From positions 1 to 64,000 of the forward strand of contig JAVKIP010000017.1 in the NCBI GenBank assembly GCA_031459385.1: DNA of 64,000 nt. Reading direction: 5' to 3'. Under the pieces are notes generated by a model, which did no database searches, was not told the DNA's origin, and saw nothing but the letters and a program-made list of their open reading frames with translations. The stretch is from Candidatus Fervidifonticultor secundus (GTDB lineage Bacteria > Sysuimicrobiota > Sysuimicrobiia > Sysuimicrobiales > Humicultoraceae). A program made the position numbers and the translations under genes. Positions 28,705 to 38,772 of the stretch are shown here, piece by piece (within the stretch, counting starts at the first letter, position 1; every line of letters starts with the position of its first letter).

Positions 28705-30429
28705 ATGGAGGAGGCCGCCGTCTTGCTGCGCCGGACGGGCTGGCCGCGGGCCGCCCTGCGGTCAGGGGTAGCCGCGGCCGCCGCGGCGCTGGGCGCGGTC
28801 GTGCTGGTGCTGGTGCTCTACCCGTCGGCGGTGTTGGTGCTCCAGTCGTTCGTCGCCGACGGGCGCCTGTCCCTGGCGCACTACGCGCGCCTGGCGCGCG
28901 ATGGCGCCGCGCACCGGGTGCTGGCCAACAGCCTGGTCACCTCCGCCTGGGCCACGGTGGGGGGCACGGCCCTGGGCACCGCGCTGGCCTGGCTCGTGGT
29001 CCGTACCGACCTTCCCGGCCGGGCGCTCTGGCGCACCCTGCTGCTGCTGCCCTACATGATCCCGCCCTTCATCGGTGCGATCGCGTGGGTCTACCTCGCC
29101 GGGCCGGTCGGATACCTGAACCAGGCCTGGCGCGCGCTCACCGGCGCCGAGGGGCCGCTGCTCGTCATCTACGGCCAGGCCGGGATCGTCCTGGTCCTGA
29201 TCCTCTACGGCTACCCCATCGCCTACCTGGCCGCGCTCGGCGTGCTGGAGCGCATGGATCCTTCCCTGGAGGCGGCCGCGCGCCTGGCGGGCGCCGGCCC
29301 CTGGCGCGTCCTGCGCGACGTGACGCTGCCGCTGGCGCTGCCCGGCGTGCTGGCCGGCGCGCTGCTGTTGTGCATGTCGTCCCTGGCCAACTTCGGGATT
29401 CCCGCGGTGCTGGGGTTCCCCGCCCGGTACTTCGTGCTGCCCACGCGCATCTATACCACCATCCTGAACTTCGACCTGCGCGACAACCTGCGCATCGCGG
29501 CCGCGCTCTCGATGTGGCTGGTCGCCGTCGCCACCGTGCTGCTGGTGTTGCAGCGGGCGGCCCTGCGTCGCGGGCGGTTCACCGTGGTGGGGGGCCAGGC
29601 GGCCCAGCGCCATCTAGTGGCGCTGGGCCGGTGGCGCGCGCCGGTGGCGGCCCTGCTGGGGGTGTTCGTGCTGGCAAGCGCCGGGTTGCCGTTCCTGGCG
29701 GTACTGCTCACCTCCCTGATCCGCGCCTACGGCCTCCCGCCCCACTGGGAGAACCTGACCCTGCAGCACTACGCCACGGCGCTCTTCGGTATCCCCAAGG
29801 TGCACCGCGCCCTGCTCAACAGCCTGGCGCTGGCCGCCGGCGGCGCCACGCTGGTGGTGGCGATGGGCGCGGCGATCGGCTACCTGCGCACCCGCGCGCG
29901 CCTCCCCGGCGCCAGCGCGGTGGACCTGCTGGTCATGCTGCCCTACGCGATCCCCGGCACCGTGGTGGCCCTGGCGATGATCCTGGCCTGGGTGCGGCCC
30001 GTGCCGCTGTTGGGGATCCGGCTGTACGACACGATCTGGATCCTCCTGGTCGCCTACGTGGCGCGGTTCCTGGCGTTCGGCGTGCGCACCGTCACGGCGG
30101 GCCTGGCGCAGGTGCACGAGTCCCTGGAGGAGGCCGCGCGGTGCAGCGGCGCGCGCCCGCTGGAGGCGTTTCGCGACGTGGTGCTGCCGGTCATCCGCCC
30201 CAGCCTGGTCGCGGGGTGGCTGCTGGCCTTCATCCCCGCCGTGGCCGAACTGACGCTGTCGATCCTGCTCTTCTCGGTCGGCAACGAGACGCTGGGCGTC
30301 GTGATCTTCGGCCTGCACGACGAGGGCAAGATCGCCCTGAGCGCGGCGCTGGCGGTGCTGGTCACCACCCTGCTGGTGGCCTTCAACCTGCTGGCGCGGC
30401 GCGTGCTGCGCGGCGAGGTGGGTCTGTAG
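28705..30429 (+). CDS. ABC permease (AfuB/FbpB type, duplicated TMD)
   Basis: Two EAA loops (LEAAARLAGA, LEEAARCSGA). Confidence 0.88.
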   Translation: MEEAAVLLRRTGWPRAALRSGVAAAAAALGAVVLVLVLYPSAVLVLQSFVADGRLSLAHYARLARDGAAHRVLANSLVTSAWATVGGTALGTALAWLVVRTDLPGRALWRTLLLLPYMIPPFIGAIAWVYLAGPVGYLNQAWRALTGAEGPLLVIYGQAGIVLVLILYGYPIAYLAALGVLERMDPSLEAAARLAGAGPWRVLRDVTLPLALPGVLAGALLLCMSSLANFGIPAVLGFPARYFVLPTRIYTTILNFDLRDNLRIAAALSMWLVAVATVLLVLQRAALRRGRFTVVGGQAAQRHLVALGRWRAPVAALLGVFVLASAGLPFLAVLLTSLIRAYGLPPHWENLTLQHYATALFGIPKVHRALLNSLALAAGGATLVVAMGAAIGYLRTRARLPGASAVDLLVMLPYAIPGTVVALAMILAWVRPVPLLGIRLYDTIWILLVAYVARFLAFGVRTVTAGLAQVHESLEEAARCSGARPLEAFRDVVLPVIRPSLVAGWLLAFIPAVAELTLSILLFSVGNETLGVVIFGLHDEGKIALSAALAVLVTTLLVAFNLLARRVLRGEVGL

Positions 30430-30472
30430 CGCCCGGACGCGCTGCGGGGCGGGCCCCGGACGCCAGCCGCGC

Positions 30473-31279
30473 TCAGGCGCTGGCAGGAGGCCGCGGCCCG
30501 TCGCGCCCGGTGTGAGCGCCGGCGCCGGGCGGCCGCCGGAGACGGTCCACCAGCGCCACGACGTCGGCCGGCTGCGCGGCCTCGTAGTCGGGGCCCGCGG
30601 CGCGCAGGCGGCCGGCCTCGCGCGTGCCCCACAGCGCGGCCACGGCCGTGGTCCCGGCGCGCTTTCCCGCCTCGATGTCGAAGACGCCGTCGCCCACCAT
30701 CAGCGCCTCGGGGGGCGTCGCGCCCAGCGCGCGCAGCGCCTGCCAGATCGGATCGGGGGCCGGTTTGGGCCGCGGGACGTCCTGCTCGGTGACCACGGCG
30801 GCCACCCAGCGGTGGAGGCCGAACGCATGCATGGCCAGCTCGGTGGTGCGCCGCCGCTTCGAGGTCACGATCGCCATGCGGCAGCCGCGTGCCCGCAACG
30901 CATCCAGCATCTCGGGCACGCCGGGGAAGAGCGTGGCCAGGCGGTCGTGCTCGGCCTCGTAGGCGGCCAGGTAGGCGTCCATGAGCCGCCGCACCTGCTC
31001 CGGCCGGACGCCGGGGACGCGCTCGAACCGCCACCGCAGCGGCGCGCCCCACTCGGCGGTGACCTCGGCGTCGGTGAGGTCGCGGCCCAGCACCTCCTGG
31101 CAGGCGCGACGGAACGCGTGGCTGATCAGCCGGTACGAGTCGAGCAGCGTGCCGTCCAGGTCGAAGAGCACGAACCGCGCGCCGCCGTCTGCGGACACCG
31201 GGGCGGGTGCGCCGCCAGACGACGCCGGCCACGAGCGGGGAGCGTCGTTCGACCCGCCGGCGCGGGGCGGCGCGCTCAC
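30473..31279 (-). CDS. HAD-family hydrolase (PpaX/Gph-like)
   Basis: FDLDGTLLDS, VTSK, KPAPDP, MVGD; GTG overlaps the tctA stop. Confidence 0.88.
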   Translation of the reverse strand: MSAPPRAGGSNDAPRSWPASSGGAPAPVSADGGARFVLFDLDGTLLDSYRLISHAFRRACQEVLGRDLTDAEVTAEWGAPLRWRFERVPGVRPEQVRRLMDAYLAAYEAEHDRLATLFPGVPEMLDALRARGCRMAIVTSKRRRTTELAMHAFGLHRWVAAVVTEQDVPRPKPAPDPIWQALRALGATPPEALMVGDGVFDIEAGKRAGTTAVAALWGTREAGRLRAAGPDYEAAQPADVVALVDRLRRPPGAGAHTGRDGPRPPASA

Positions 31280-32778
31280 GCCGGCGCCGCCCGCTGGCGC
31301 CACCGGCGGTAACGGGCGATCAGGGACGGCGCGGCCAGCGAGACCGCGGCCAGCGCCAGGATCACGGCCGAGATCGGCCGCTGCACGAACGTCGCCGGGT
31401 CGCCGTTGCTGATGATGAGCGCCTGGCGCATCGTCTGCTCCATCCGGTCGCCCAGCACCAGGCCCAGGATCGCCGGCCCGAGCGGGTAGTCGTGCCGCCG
31501 CATGTAGTAGCCGAGCATGCCCAGCAGGATCATCAGCGTGAGGTCTACCTGGCTGCGCCCCACTACGTAGACGCCGACGACGCAGACGGCCATGATCAGC
31601 GGGTAGAGGTAGCGCTCGGGCGTGCGCAGGATCTGGACGAACAGGCCCACCAGCGGCAGGTTCATCACCAGTAACACGGCGTTGCTGACGTACATGCTGG
31701 CGATCAGCCCCCAGACCACGTCGGGGTGCTTCTGGAACAGCGTCGGCCCGGGCAGGACGTTGAGGATCAGCAGGGCGCCCATCATCACGGCGGTGGTCGA
31801 CGAGCCGGGCAGGGCCAGCGTGAGCATGGGGATCATGTTGCCGACGGCCGCGGCATTGTTGGCTGCCTCGGGCGCGGCCACCCCCCGGATGTCGCCCTTC
31901 CCGAACGTCGAGGGGTCCCGAGCGAGGCGCTTCTCCAGGCCGTAGGACAGGAACGACGCGATGGTGGCGCCGGCCGCCGGCAGGATGCCGATGTAGAAGC
32001 CGACGACGGTGCCGCGGATGATGGCCCAGAACGCGTCGAGGAAGTCGCGCATCGATAGCCAGATGCGCTGCACGGCCAGCAGCCGCGGCCGGAGGGCGAC
32101 CTCGTTGACCACCAGCATGACCTCCGAGACGGCGAACAGGCCCACGGCCACCGTGACCAGGTCGATGCCGTCCAGCAACTGGGGAATTCCGAAGGTGTAG
32201 CGGTCGATGCCTGTGACCAGGTCGGTGCCGATCGTGGCCAGCATCAGGCCGAAGCAGGTCGCCAGCAGCGCCTTCACCAGCGACTCGCCGGCCAGCGTCG
32301 AGACGCTGGACAGCCCCAGGACCATGAGCGCGAAGTTCTCGGCCGGGCCGAAGGCCAGCGCGTAGCTGGCCAGCGGCACCGAGAACAGCATGAGCGCCAC
32401 GATGCTTAGCGTGCCGGCGATGAACGAGCCCACGGCCGCGATGGCCAGCGCGGGCCCGGCGCGGCCCTGGAGGGCCATCTGGTAGCCGTCGAAGGTGGTC
32501 GCCACCGATGAGGCCTCGCCGGGGACGTTCATCAGAATCGACGTGGTCGAGCCGCCGTACATCGTGCCGTAGTAGACCGCGGTCAGCATGATCATCGCCG
32601 AGGCCGGGTGCAGGCCGATGATGAGCGGGATCAGCAGCGCGATGCCGCTCACCGGCCCGATGCCGGGGAGCACGCCGATCATCGTGCCCACGAAGGCGCC
32701 CACGAAGGCCAGCAGCAGGTTCACCGGCTGCAGCGCCACCCCGAAGCCGTACCACAGGTTCTGGAGGATCTCGCTCAT
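31276..32778 (-). CDS. tctA: Tripartite tricarboxylate transporter large permease
   Basis: GVLPGIG, NVPGEASS, DGY, APEAANNA, LALPGS. Confidence 0.92.
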   Translation of the reverse strand: MSEILQNLWYGFGVALQPVNLLLAFVGAFVGTMIGVLPGIGPVSGIALLIPLIIGLHPASAMIMLTAVYYGTMYGGSTTSILMNVPGEASSVATTFDGYQMALQGRAGPALAIAAVGSFIAGTLSIVALMLFSVPLASYALAFGPAENFALMVLGLSSVSTLAGESLVKALLATCFGLMLATIGTDLVTGIDRYTFGIPQLLDGIDLVTVAVGLFAVSEVMLVVNEVALRPRLLAVQRIWLSMRDFLDAFWAIIRGTVVGFYIGILPAAGATIASFLSYGLEKRLARDPSTFGKGDIRGVAAPEAANNAAAVGNMIPMLTLALPGSSTTAVMMGALLILNVLPGPTLFQKHPDVVWGLIASMYVSNAVLLVMNLPLVGLFVQILRTPERYLYPLIMAVCVVGVYVVGRSQVDLTLMILLGMLGYYMRRHDYPLGPAILGLVLGDRMEQTMRQALIISNGDPATFVQRPISAVILALAAVSLAAPSLIARYRRWRQRAAPA

Positions 32779-33215
32779 CGGCCCAGCACGCCCGCCGGGA
32801 GCGCCAGGCCCAGGGTGCGGTCGAAGACAAGCCACAGCGCGGCGGTGATGCCCGCCGCCAGCAGCACGGCGCGCGCCGGCCGGCGCTCGCCCAGCCACAG
32901 ATGCGACCCCGCCAGATAGAGGAAGGTCGAGGCAATGAACCCGAGGGGTTCGAGCGCCCGGGTATAGGCGAACAGGCTCACCGCCAGCAGTATGGGTCGG
33001 CCGTGCTGCCGCCAGAAGGGCTCGCCGGCGGCGCCGGCGCGCGGGCGGATGAACTGGACCGCCGCCAGCGCGGCCGCGAGGCCGCCCACCAGCACCGGGT
33101 AGGCCGAGGGCCCCACGACGTCTGCCACCGTCGCCCCGCGGAAGGTGGTGGCCTCGCGGGCGTAGAGGACCGCGACGACGAAGATGACGAGAGCGGCCAG
33201 GCGGTCGGACGTCAC
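32775..33215 (-). CDS. tctB: Tripartite tricarboxylate transporter small permease
   Basis: 4-TM protein with VGPSAYP, LGF, LGLALPAG, located between tctC and tctA. Confidence 0.85.
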   Translation of the reverse strand: MTSDRLAALVIFVVAVLYAREATTFRGATVADVVGPSAYPVLVGGLAAALAAVQFIRPRAGAAGEPFWRQHGRPILLAVSLFAYTRALEPLGFIASTFLYLAGSHLWLGERRPARAVLLAAGITAALWLVFDRTLGLALPAGVLGR

Positions 33216-33327
33216 GGGCGGGAGGGCACGCGGGCGGCCGTCGCGACGACCACGGGCCGCGCCATCTCGGCGGCGTGCAGGCAGCAGCGGGCGGCGCGGT
33301 GCCCCGCGCGCTGCGCGCCCGGCGTCG

Positions 33328-34308
33328 CTACCGGATGAGGCCGAGCTCGCGCAGGACGCCCTGGGTCGTGGTCAGGTCGCGGTCGAGGAACTGCCGCAAC
33401 CGGTCGCCTGTCAGGACGAACGGCTCCCACCGCGTCTCCTGCAGGATCTTGGCCCAGCTGCGGCTCGCCACCATCTTGCCGAACGTCTCTTCCCAGAACT
33501 TCACCACCTCGGCCGGGGTCTCGGGCGGCATGTAGAAGCCGCGCCAGTTGGCGAACACGAAGTCCACGCCCTGCTCGCGCGCGGTCGGGACGTCCTTGAG
33601 CCCGCCGCTCAGGCGCTGGGGCGCCGTCACGGCCAGCACCCGGATCTGCCCGGCCTCGATGTTCGCCAGCGTCTCCGACAGGCTGCTGGAGAGGACGGTG
33701 GTGGTGCCGCCCAGGACGGACGCCATGGCTGCGGCGCCGTCGCCGAAGGGCACGTAGCGCACCTTCGTCACGTCGACGCCGACCATCCCGGCCAGCTGCG
33801 CGAAGGTCAGGTGGTCCAGCGCGCCCGGGGCCGAGCCGCCGCCGACGGTGATCGCTCCGGGGTCGCGCTTGAAGACCTCGAGCAGCGTCCTGAGGGTGTT
33901 GAAGGTCGAGTCCCTGCGGACCGCGATGACCTGGAAGTCGGCGGTAATGGCGATGATGGGCGTCACGTCGCGGAACGTGTAGGGCACCGCCCGCCGCGCC
34001 AGAGTGCCGGTGAGGGCCGAGCCCATCACGGCCAGCACGTGCGTATCCCCCCGCCGCCGCGTGATCATGTGGGCGATCCCCACTGCCCCGCTGCCGCCCG
34101 GCATGTTGATCACCGAGATCGGGACCGTGACCAGCCGCTCCTCTGCCAGCGCCCTGGCGCTCATGCGCGCCGTCGTATCCCAGCCGCCGCCGGGGCCGGC
34201 CGGGGCGATGAACTCGAGCGCCTTGCTCGGATAGGCGGGCGCTGCGCCGCCCGGTGCGATTCCCAGAAGCAGCACCAGGCCTGCCAGGAGTCCCACAGTT
34301 CGCCTCAT
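33328..34308 (-). CDS. tctC: Tripartite tricarboxylate transporter substrate-binding protein
   Basis: YPSKALEFIAPAGPGGGWDTTAR, NMPGGSG, DVPTAREQG, NWRG. Confidence 0.92.
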   Translation of the reverse strand: MRRTVGLLAGLVLLLGIAPGGAAPAYPSKALEFIAPAGPGGGWDTTARMSARALAEERLVTVPISVINMPGGSGAVGIAHMITRRRGDTHVLAVMGSALTGTLARRAVPYTFRDVTPIIAITADFQVIAVRRDSTFNTLRTLLEVFKRDPGAITVGGGSAPGALDHLTFAQLAGMVGVDVTKVRYVPFGDGAAAMASVLGGTTTVLSSSLSETLANIEAGQIRVLAVTAPQRLSGGLKDVPTAREQGVDFVFANWRGFYMPPETPAEVVKFWEETFGKMVASRSWAKILQETRWEPFVLTGDRLRQFLDRDLTTTQGVLRELGLIR

Positions 34309-34358
34309 CGCCGTCACCTCCACGTGCTTCCTCGCTTCTCTTTGTCGCGGCGGTCTTC

Positions 34359-35813
34359 CTACGCCCCGGCCGCAGCCGCCCCGGGGCGGACCAGCAGCGA
34401 GATGACCTCCCGCACGGACGCGCACCGCTCCAGGGTGCGCAGCGCGCGGAGCGCCGTGTCGGTCCGCAAGCCCAGCACCGGGTGCGCCAGCCGGCGGAAC
34501 TTCTCCTCGAGCTGCGCGTCGCTCAGGGGGTTGCGCGCGTGACCGGGCGGGAAGTCCACCCGCGCCGTCCACGCGCGGCCCGAGCGCTCGTGCACCTTGA
34601 CGACGGTCGGGATGCCCGACGGGTAGGCTGCCGTGAGGTCGGCCTGTTCGACCACCTCGGTGCGGGCCAGGAGCGCGCGGATCTCCTCGCGCTGGATGCG
34701 GTCCGGCGCGAACTGGCGCGCCGTGATCTCGCCGTCCAGCAGGGCTGCGGCCACCAGGTAGGGCATGCTGTGGTCTGCCGTCTCGCGGGTCGTCGGGGCC
34801 CACTTCTCGGCTTCGCCGCCGATGATCTCGACCGCGACCCGGAAGGTGCGGATGACCACGCGGTCGATCGCCTCCGGCCGCAACCCCTGCCGGCGCAGGT
34901 CGAGGGCCGCCGCGATGGCGGCCTGGGAGTGATACTCGGCCGGCCAGTACTTGATGGCGGTCTCCAGGAGCTTGAACGTGGCCGGGGGCGGCGGGGGCGG
35001 CTCGTCCGCTGGCCGGCCGCCCTCCTCCTCCCACCGGAGTTCGTCCACGGTCGGCTGTGGCTGCTCGCCGGCCATCGGGGGGATCTCCAGCGGGCCCGAC
35101 ACCTGGGCCATGAAGCCGCGGCGCCCCTCGAACACCGGAGACGGCCCGGTGATACCCTCGGTGGCCAGGTACGCGGCGAAGACGGCGTTGTGGCTGGCGC
35201 CGCCGTAGGCCGCGCCCTTCCACATGGAGAGGTGGCCCACGCGGGTCTGCCGCAGGTTGATGCCCGTGGCGGCGGCGATGTTGATCGCCTGCTCGATGGC
35301 ATCGACGCCGCCGCCCAGCAGGCGCGTGGCTCCGGCGGCCACGGCGATGCCGCCGTAGGTGACGTGGTCCCAGCCGCGGTCGCGGATGCTGCTGGCGTCC
35401 GCGAGCCGGCAGACGATCTCGTACGCGGCGACCAGCGCGGCGAGGAGGTCGCGCCCGGAGGCCCCGGCGTCTTCGGCTGCGGCCAGGAGCCCGGCCAGGT
35501 TGTCCGAGGGATGCAGCGCTTCCCTGGAGAGGTAGGTGTCGTTGTAGTCCAGGTAGCGCACCATGTAGCCGTTGACGAACGCGGCGGCATCGGGCGCGAC
35601 CCGCTCGCCCGACGCGAGGACCGTCGCGCGTCCGCCCCCGCTCAGCCGGCCGGCGGCCCGTCGGGCCGCCGTGATGGGCGCCTCATCCGCCGCGCCCATG
35701 GCGCACGCGACCGCGTCGATTGCGCGCCGCTTGGCCTCGTGAATCACCTGGGCCGGGATCGCCTCGTATGCGAGGCCCGCCATGTACTCGGCCAGGCGGC
35801 GGGCCAGCGTCAC
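34359..35813 (-). CDS. prpD: MmgE/PrpD-family dehydratase (2-methylcitrate dehydratase-like)
   Basis: RYLDYNDT, HPSDN, GWDH, WKG, ETADHS, PGH. Confidence 0.85.
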   Translation of the reverse strand: MTLARRLAEYMAGLAYEAIPAQVIHEAKRRAIDAVACAMGAADEAPITAARRAAGRLSGGGRATVLASGERVAPDAAAFVNGYMVRYLDYNDTYLSREALHPSDNLAGLLAAAEDAGASGRDLLAALVAAYEIVCRLADASSIRDRGWDHVTYGGIAVAAGATRLLGGGVDAIEQAINIAAATGINLRQTRVGHLSMWKGAAYGGASHNAVFAAYLATEGITGPSPVFEGRRGFMAQVSGPLEIPPMAGEQPQPTVDELRWEEEGGRPADEPPPPPPATFKLLETAIKYWPAEYHSQAAIAAALDLRRQGLRPEAIDRVVIRTFRVAVEIIGGEAEKWAPTTRETADHSMPYLVAAALLDGEITARQFAPDRIQREEIRALLARTEVVEQADLTAAYPSGIPTVVKVHERSGRAWTARVDFPPGHARNPLSDAQLEEKFRRLAHPVLGLRTDTALRALRTLERCASVREVISLLVRPGAAAAGA

Positions 35814-36709
35814 CGGGCGGCCTCCCCGCGCGAGGCCGTGCCGTAGCGGCGCTCGCGCTCTTCCCATGCGGCCAGGCCCACGAGGCGGTCTCGTTCCGCG
35901 AACGACGCCAGCCGGTCGCCCATGCCGGTGGCCGTGCCGGTGGCGCGCACCAGGGCCGCGGCTTCCTGCATGGCGGCGATGGCGGCGCGCTGGAGGTCGG
36001 AGGGCACGATCATGATGCGATACCCCAGGGCCTCCAGGCGCGCCGGCGCCACCAGCGGCGTCTTCCCCCCGGCGAACATGTTGACCAGCAGCGGCCCCGG
36101 CAGAGTGCGCGCGATGCGCTCGAGCTCCTCCTCGGATTCGGGGGCTTCCACGAAGAGCACGTCGGCGCCGGCCTCGGCGTAGCGACGGGCCCGCTCGATC
36201 GCCGCGTCCAGCCCGAGGACGGCGCGGGCATCGGTGCGGGCGATGATCACCAGGTCGGGGTCGCGCCGGGCATCGAGCGCCGCCCGCAGTTTGTCCACGA
36301 ACTCGTCGGCCGCAACCAGCTGCTTGCCGGGGTAGTGCCCGCACTTCTTGGGCGTGACCTGGTCCTCCAGGTGCAGGGCGGCCACGCCGGCGCGCTCGAA
36401 CTCCCGCACCGTGCGGATGACCGAGAGCGCGTTGCCGTAGCCAGCGTCGGCGTCGGCGATCACCGGCAGCGCCGTCGCGTCCACGATCTCCCGTATCCGG
36501 GTCACCACCTCGGTCAGGCTCAGCAGACCCAGGTCGGGCAGACCGGCGCTGCGCGCGATGGCACCGCCGCTGGCATAGAGCGCCTCGAAGCCGGCCTCGG
36601 CCGCGATGCGCGCCGAGAGCCCGTCGAACACCCCTGGGGCGACCAGCAGGCCGCGGGCCCGCAGCCGCTCGCGCAGCCAGCGGGCGGGAGATGACGAGAT
36701 GTGGGGCAT
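35810..36709 (-). CDS. Isocitrate lyase/PEP mutase family C-C lyase (PrpB-like)
   Basis: GLPDLG, DADAGYG, EDQVTPKKCGH, IARTDA; alternative start at 36754. Confidence 0.85.
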   Translation of the reverse strand: MPHISSSPARWLRERLRARGLLVAPGVFDGLSARIAAEAGFEALYASGGAIARSAGLPDLGLLSLTEVVTRIREIVDATALPVIADADAGYGNALSVIRTVREFERAGVAALHLEDQVTPKKCGHYPGKQLVAADEFVDKLRAALDARRDPDLVIIARTDARAVLGLDAAIERARRYAEAGADVLFVEAPESEEELERIARTLPGPLLVNMFAGGKTPLVAPARLEALGYRIMIVPSDLQRAAIAAMQEAAALVRATGTATGMGDRLASFAERDRLVGLAAWEERERRYGTASRGEAAR

Positions 36710-36867
36710 CGTCGGGGCCTCCACAGCGTCAGCGATCCGTGCAGCCTGCAGCATACGGAATTCCCCGTCGCCTGGCAATGCGCGGCCACCGCACCCCGCA
36801 GGGCTCGAGGGCTCGTCTGGCGGTCGGGCACCCGGCGCGTCCGGCGGTCGCGCTGCGCGAGGTTCCG

Positions 36868-37674
36868 TCAGCCGCGGGAGGCGAGCGAGGCCGCAAACAG
36901 CCCCAGAAACTCCTGCATCGCCACCAGGTGCAGCACGTGCGCGCCAGGCAGCTCGTGCACCACGGCGTACGGGAACTCGTCGCCCAGCACGTCCACGATG
37001 GCCCGCAGGTAGTCCGGCGAGCCGAGCCCTTTGAAGAGCAACACCGGGTGCGGGAAGACGCGTACGCGGGCGAGGTCGTCGTCGTGCCGGAAGGCCGCAT
37101 CGCCCGTGCGCAGCGACTGCCGGTGCTGCGTCCACAGGGGCCACTGTGGGGCAGCCCGGGGGTCGGCGTCGGGTGGCACGATGCCTGCGAGACACAGGAA
37201 CTGGGCCAGCTGCTCTTCGCTGACGTCGCCGGGGCCGAACCGGCGCAGGACCTGCTGGAACGCGCGCGCCCCGGTGCCCAGCGCGCCTTCCAGGCGCCCG
37301 CGCGCCCGCAGCACCCAGAACGCCGGCGGCTCGATGAGCACCAGGGACCGCACGCGCCCGGGGTGGTCGAGGGCGAAGTCCAGCAGCACCTCCGCCCCAT
37401 AGGACCAGCCCGCGAAGTCCGCCCGCGCGATACCGAGGCGGTCGAGCGTGCCTGCCAGCGCGGCGCTCTCGGTGCTTACGCCGTACCCGTCGGGCAGTGG
37501 CGCGCCGCGCAGGCCGAACTCCACCGACAGCAGCTGGACGCGCACCACGCGGTGTGTCCTGGCCAGCTGCTCCGCGTGAGGGATCCAGCTGACCCAGCCG
37601 GTCAGGCCGCCCGGGACCAGGACGACCGGCTCACCGACACCCGTGACGTCTGCCGGCATCGCCAGAGTATCCAT
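36868..37674 (-). CDS. Alpha/beta hydrolase
   Basis: GWSYG nucleophile elbow, LVLIEP, C-terminal His; TGTCACAAT 6 nt before ATG. Confidence 0.85.
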   Translation of the reverse strand: MDTLAMPADVTGVGEPVVLVPGGLTGWVSWIPHAEQLARTHRVVRVQLLSVEFGLRGAPLPDGYGVSTESAALAGTLDRLGIARADFAGWSYGAEVLLDFALDHPGRVRSLVLIEPPAFWVLRARGRLEGALGTGARAFQQVLRRFGPGDVSEEQLAQFLCLAGIVPPDADPRAAPQWPLWTQHRQSLRTGDAAFRHDDDLARVRVFPHPVLLFKGLGSPDYLRAIVDVLGDEFPYAVVHELPGAHVLHLVAMQEFLGLFAASLASRG

Positions 37675-37723
37675 GGGTCCATTGTGACAGGGAGCGGCGG
37701 GAAGTCCAGAGCCGGTGCGGGCA

Positions 37724-37768
37724 CGGCCTGCGGGACCTCGGCCTGCGGGACCTCGGGCTGCGGGAGCT
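37724..37768 (+). repeat. 15-bp tandem repeat x3 in a divergent intergenic region
   Basis: CGGCCTGCGGGACCT twice, then CGGGCTGCGGGAGCT. Confidence 0.75.
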
Positions 37769-37851
37769 CCCTCGGCCAGCGAGCCCCGGGTTGCGGGGAA
37801 CTGCGCCGGCCGCAGGGGGGGGAGGCGTGCCGGAGGAGAAGCAGCAGCAGC

Positions 37852-38772
37852 GTGCTCCCGAAGTCCCGTCCCCAGGCTGCGCCTCGGCCGCCGGCGGCCG
37901 TGCCGTTCCTCTCGGCGCGCGCGCGCGCCTGGCGCGCCCTCGCTCGCGACCGCCTGGCGCTGGCCGGCGGCGTGGGCGTGCTGGCGTTCTTGGCGCTCGC
38001 GGTGCTGGCGCCAGTGCTGGCGCCATACGACCCGACGTTCCAGCACCCCGACGGCCTCTCCGCGCTGGGCGCGCCGCGCGGCCCGGACCGCCTCTTCCTG
38101 CTGGGCACGGACCTGCTGGGCCGGGACCTCCTCAGCCGGGTGATCTGGGGCGCGCGGATCTCGCTGGCCGTGGGTGTCGTCTCCACGGCGGTCGCGCTGG
38201 CGGCGGCCGCCGTCGTCGGACTGGCGGCGGGCTACCTCCCGGGCGCGCCGCGGACGGTGCTCCTGTGGGTCATCAACGCCGTGCTGAGCGTGCCCAGCCT
38301 GCTGCTGATGCTGGCCCTGGTGGCCGTGCTGCCGCGGGGACTGTGGGTCGTCGTGGTGGTGCTGACGGCGGTGGCGTGGGCCTATCCGGCGCGGGTCATC
38401 TACGGCGAGGTACTCTCGGTCACGCGCCGCGACTTCGTCGACGCCGCCCGCGCCATCGGCGCCGGTCCTCTGCGCGTGGTGGGGCGGCACGTGCTCCCGC
38501 AGCTGCTCCCGCTGCTGGTCGTCTACTTCACCCTGCGTGTGCCCGCGACGATCCTGGCCGAGGCCTCGCTCTCCTTCCTGGGGCTCGGGGTGCCGCCACC
38601 GGCGCCCTCGTGGGGCGCGATCATCCACGACGGGGCCCGCGCGTACCGCAGCGCGCCGTGGATCTTCCTGTTTCCGGGGGCGACCGTCGCGACCGCGGTG
38701 GTGAGCTTCAACCTGCTGGGCGACGGGCTGCGCGACGCCTTCGACCCGACGCGCGGAGGGCGCGGCCGGTGA
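37852..38772 (+). CDS. Peptide/nickel ABC permease (DppC/OppC type)
   Basis: LGTDLLGRD, FVDAARAIGA, LSFLGLG, GDGLRDAFDP. Confidence 0.9.
   Translation: MLPKSRPQAAPRPPAAVPFLSARARAWRALARDRLALAGGVGVLAFLALAVLAPVLAPYDPTFQHPDGLSALGAPRGPDRLFLLGTDLLGRDLLSRVIWGARISLAVGVVSTAVALAAAAVVGLAAGYLPGAPRTVLLWVINAVLSVPSLLLMLALVAVLPRGLWVVVVVLTAVAWAYPARVIYGEVLSVTRRDFVDAARAIGAGPLRVVGRHVLPQLLPLLVVYFTLRVPATILAEASLSFLGLGVPPPAPSWGAIIHDGARAYRSAPWIFLFPGATVATAVVSFNLLGDGLRDAFDPTRGGRGR

Noticed and set aside
30473..31279. HAD hydrolase as part of the fluoride regulon
   Set aside because: No riboswitch upstream; it is translationally coupled to tctA, 14 kb from the islet
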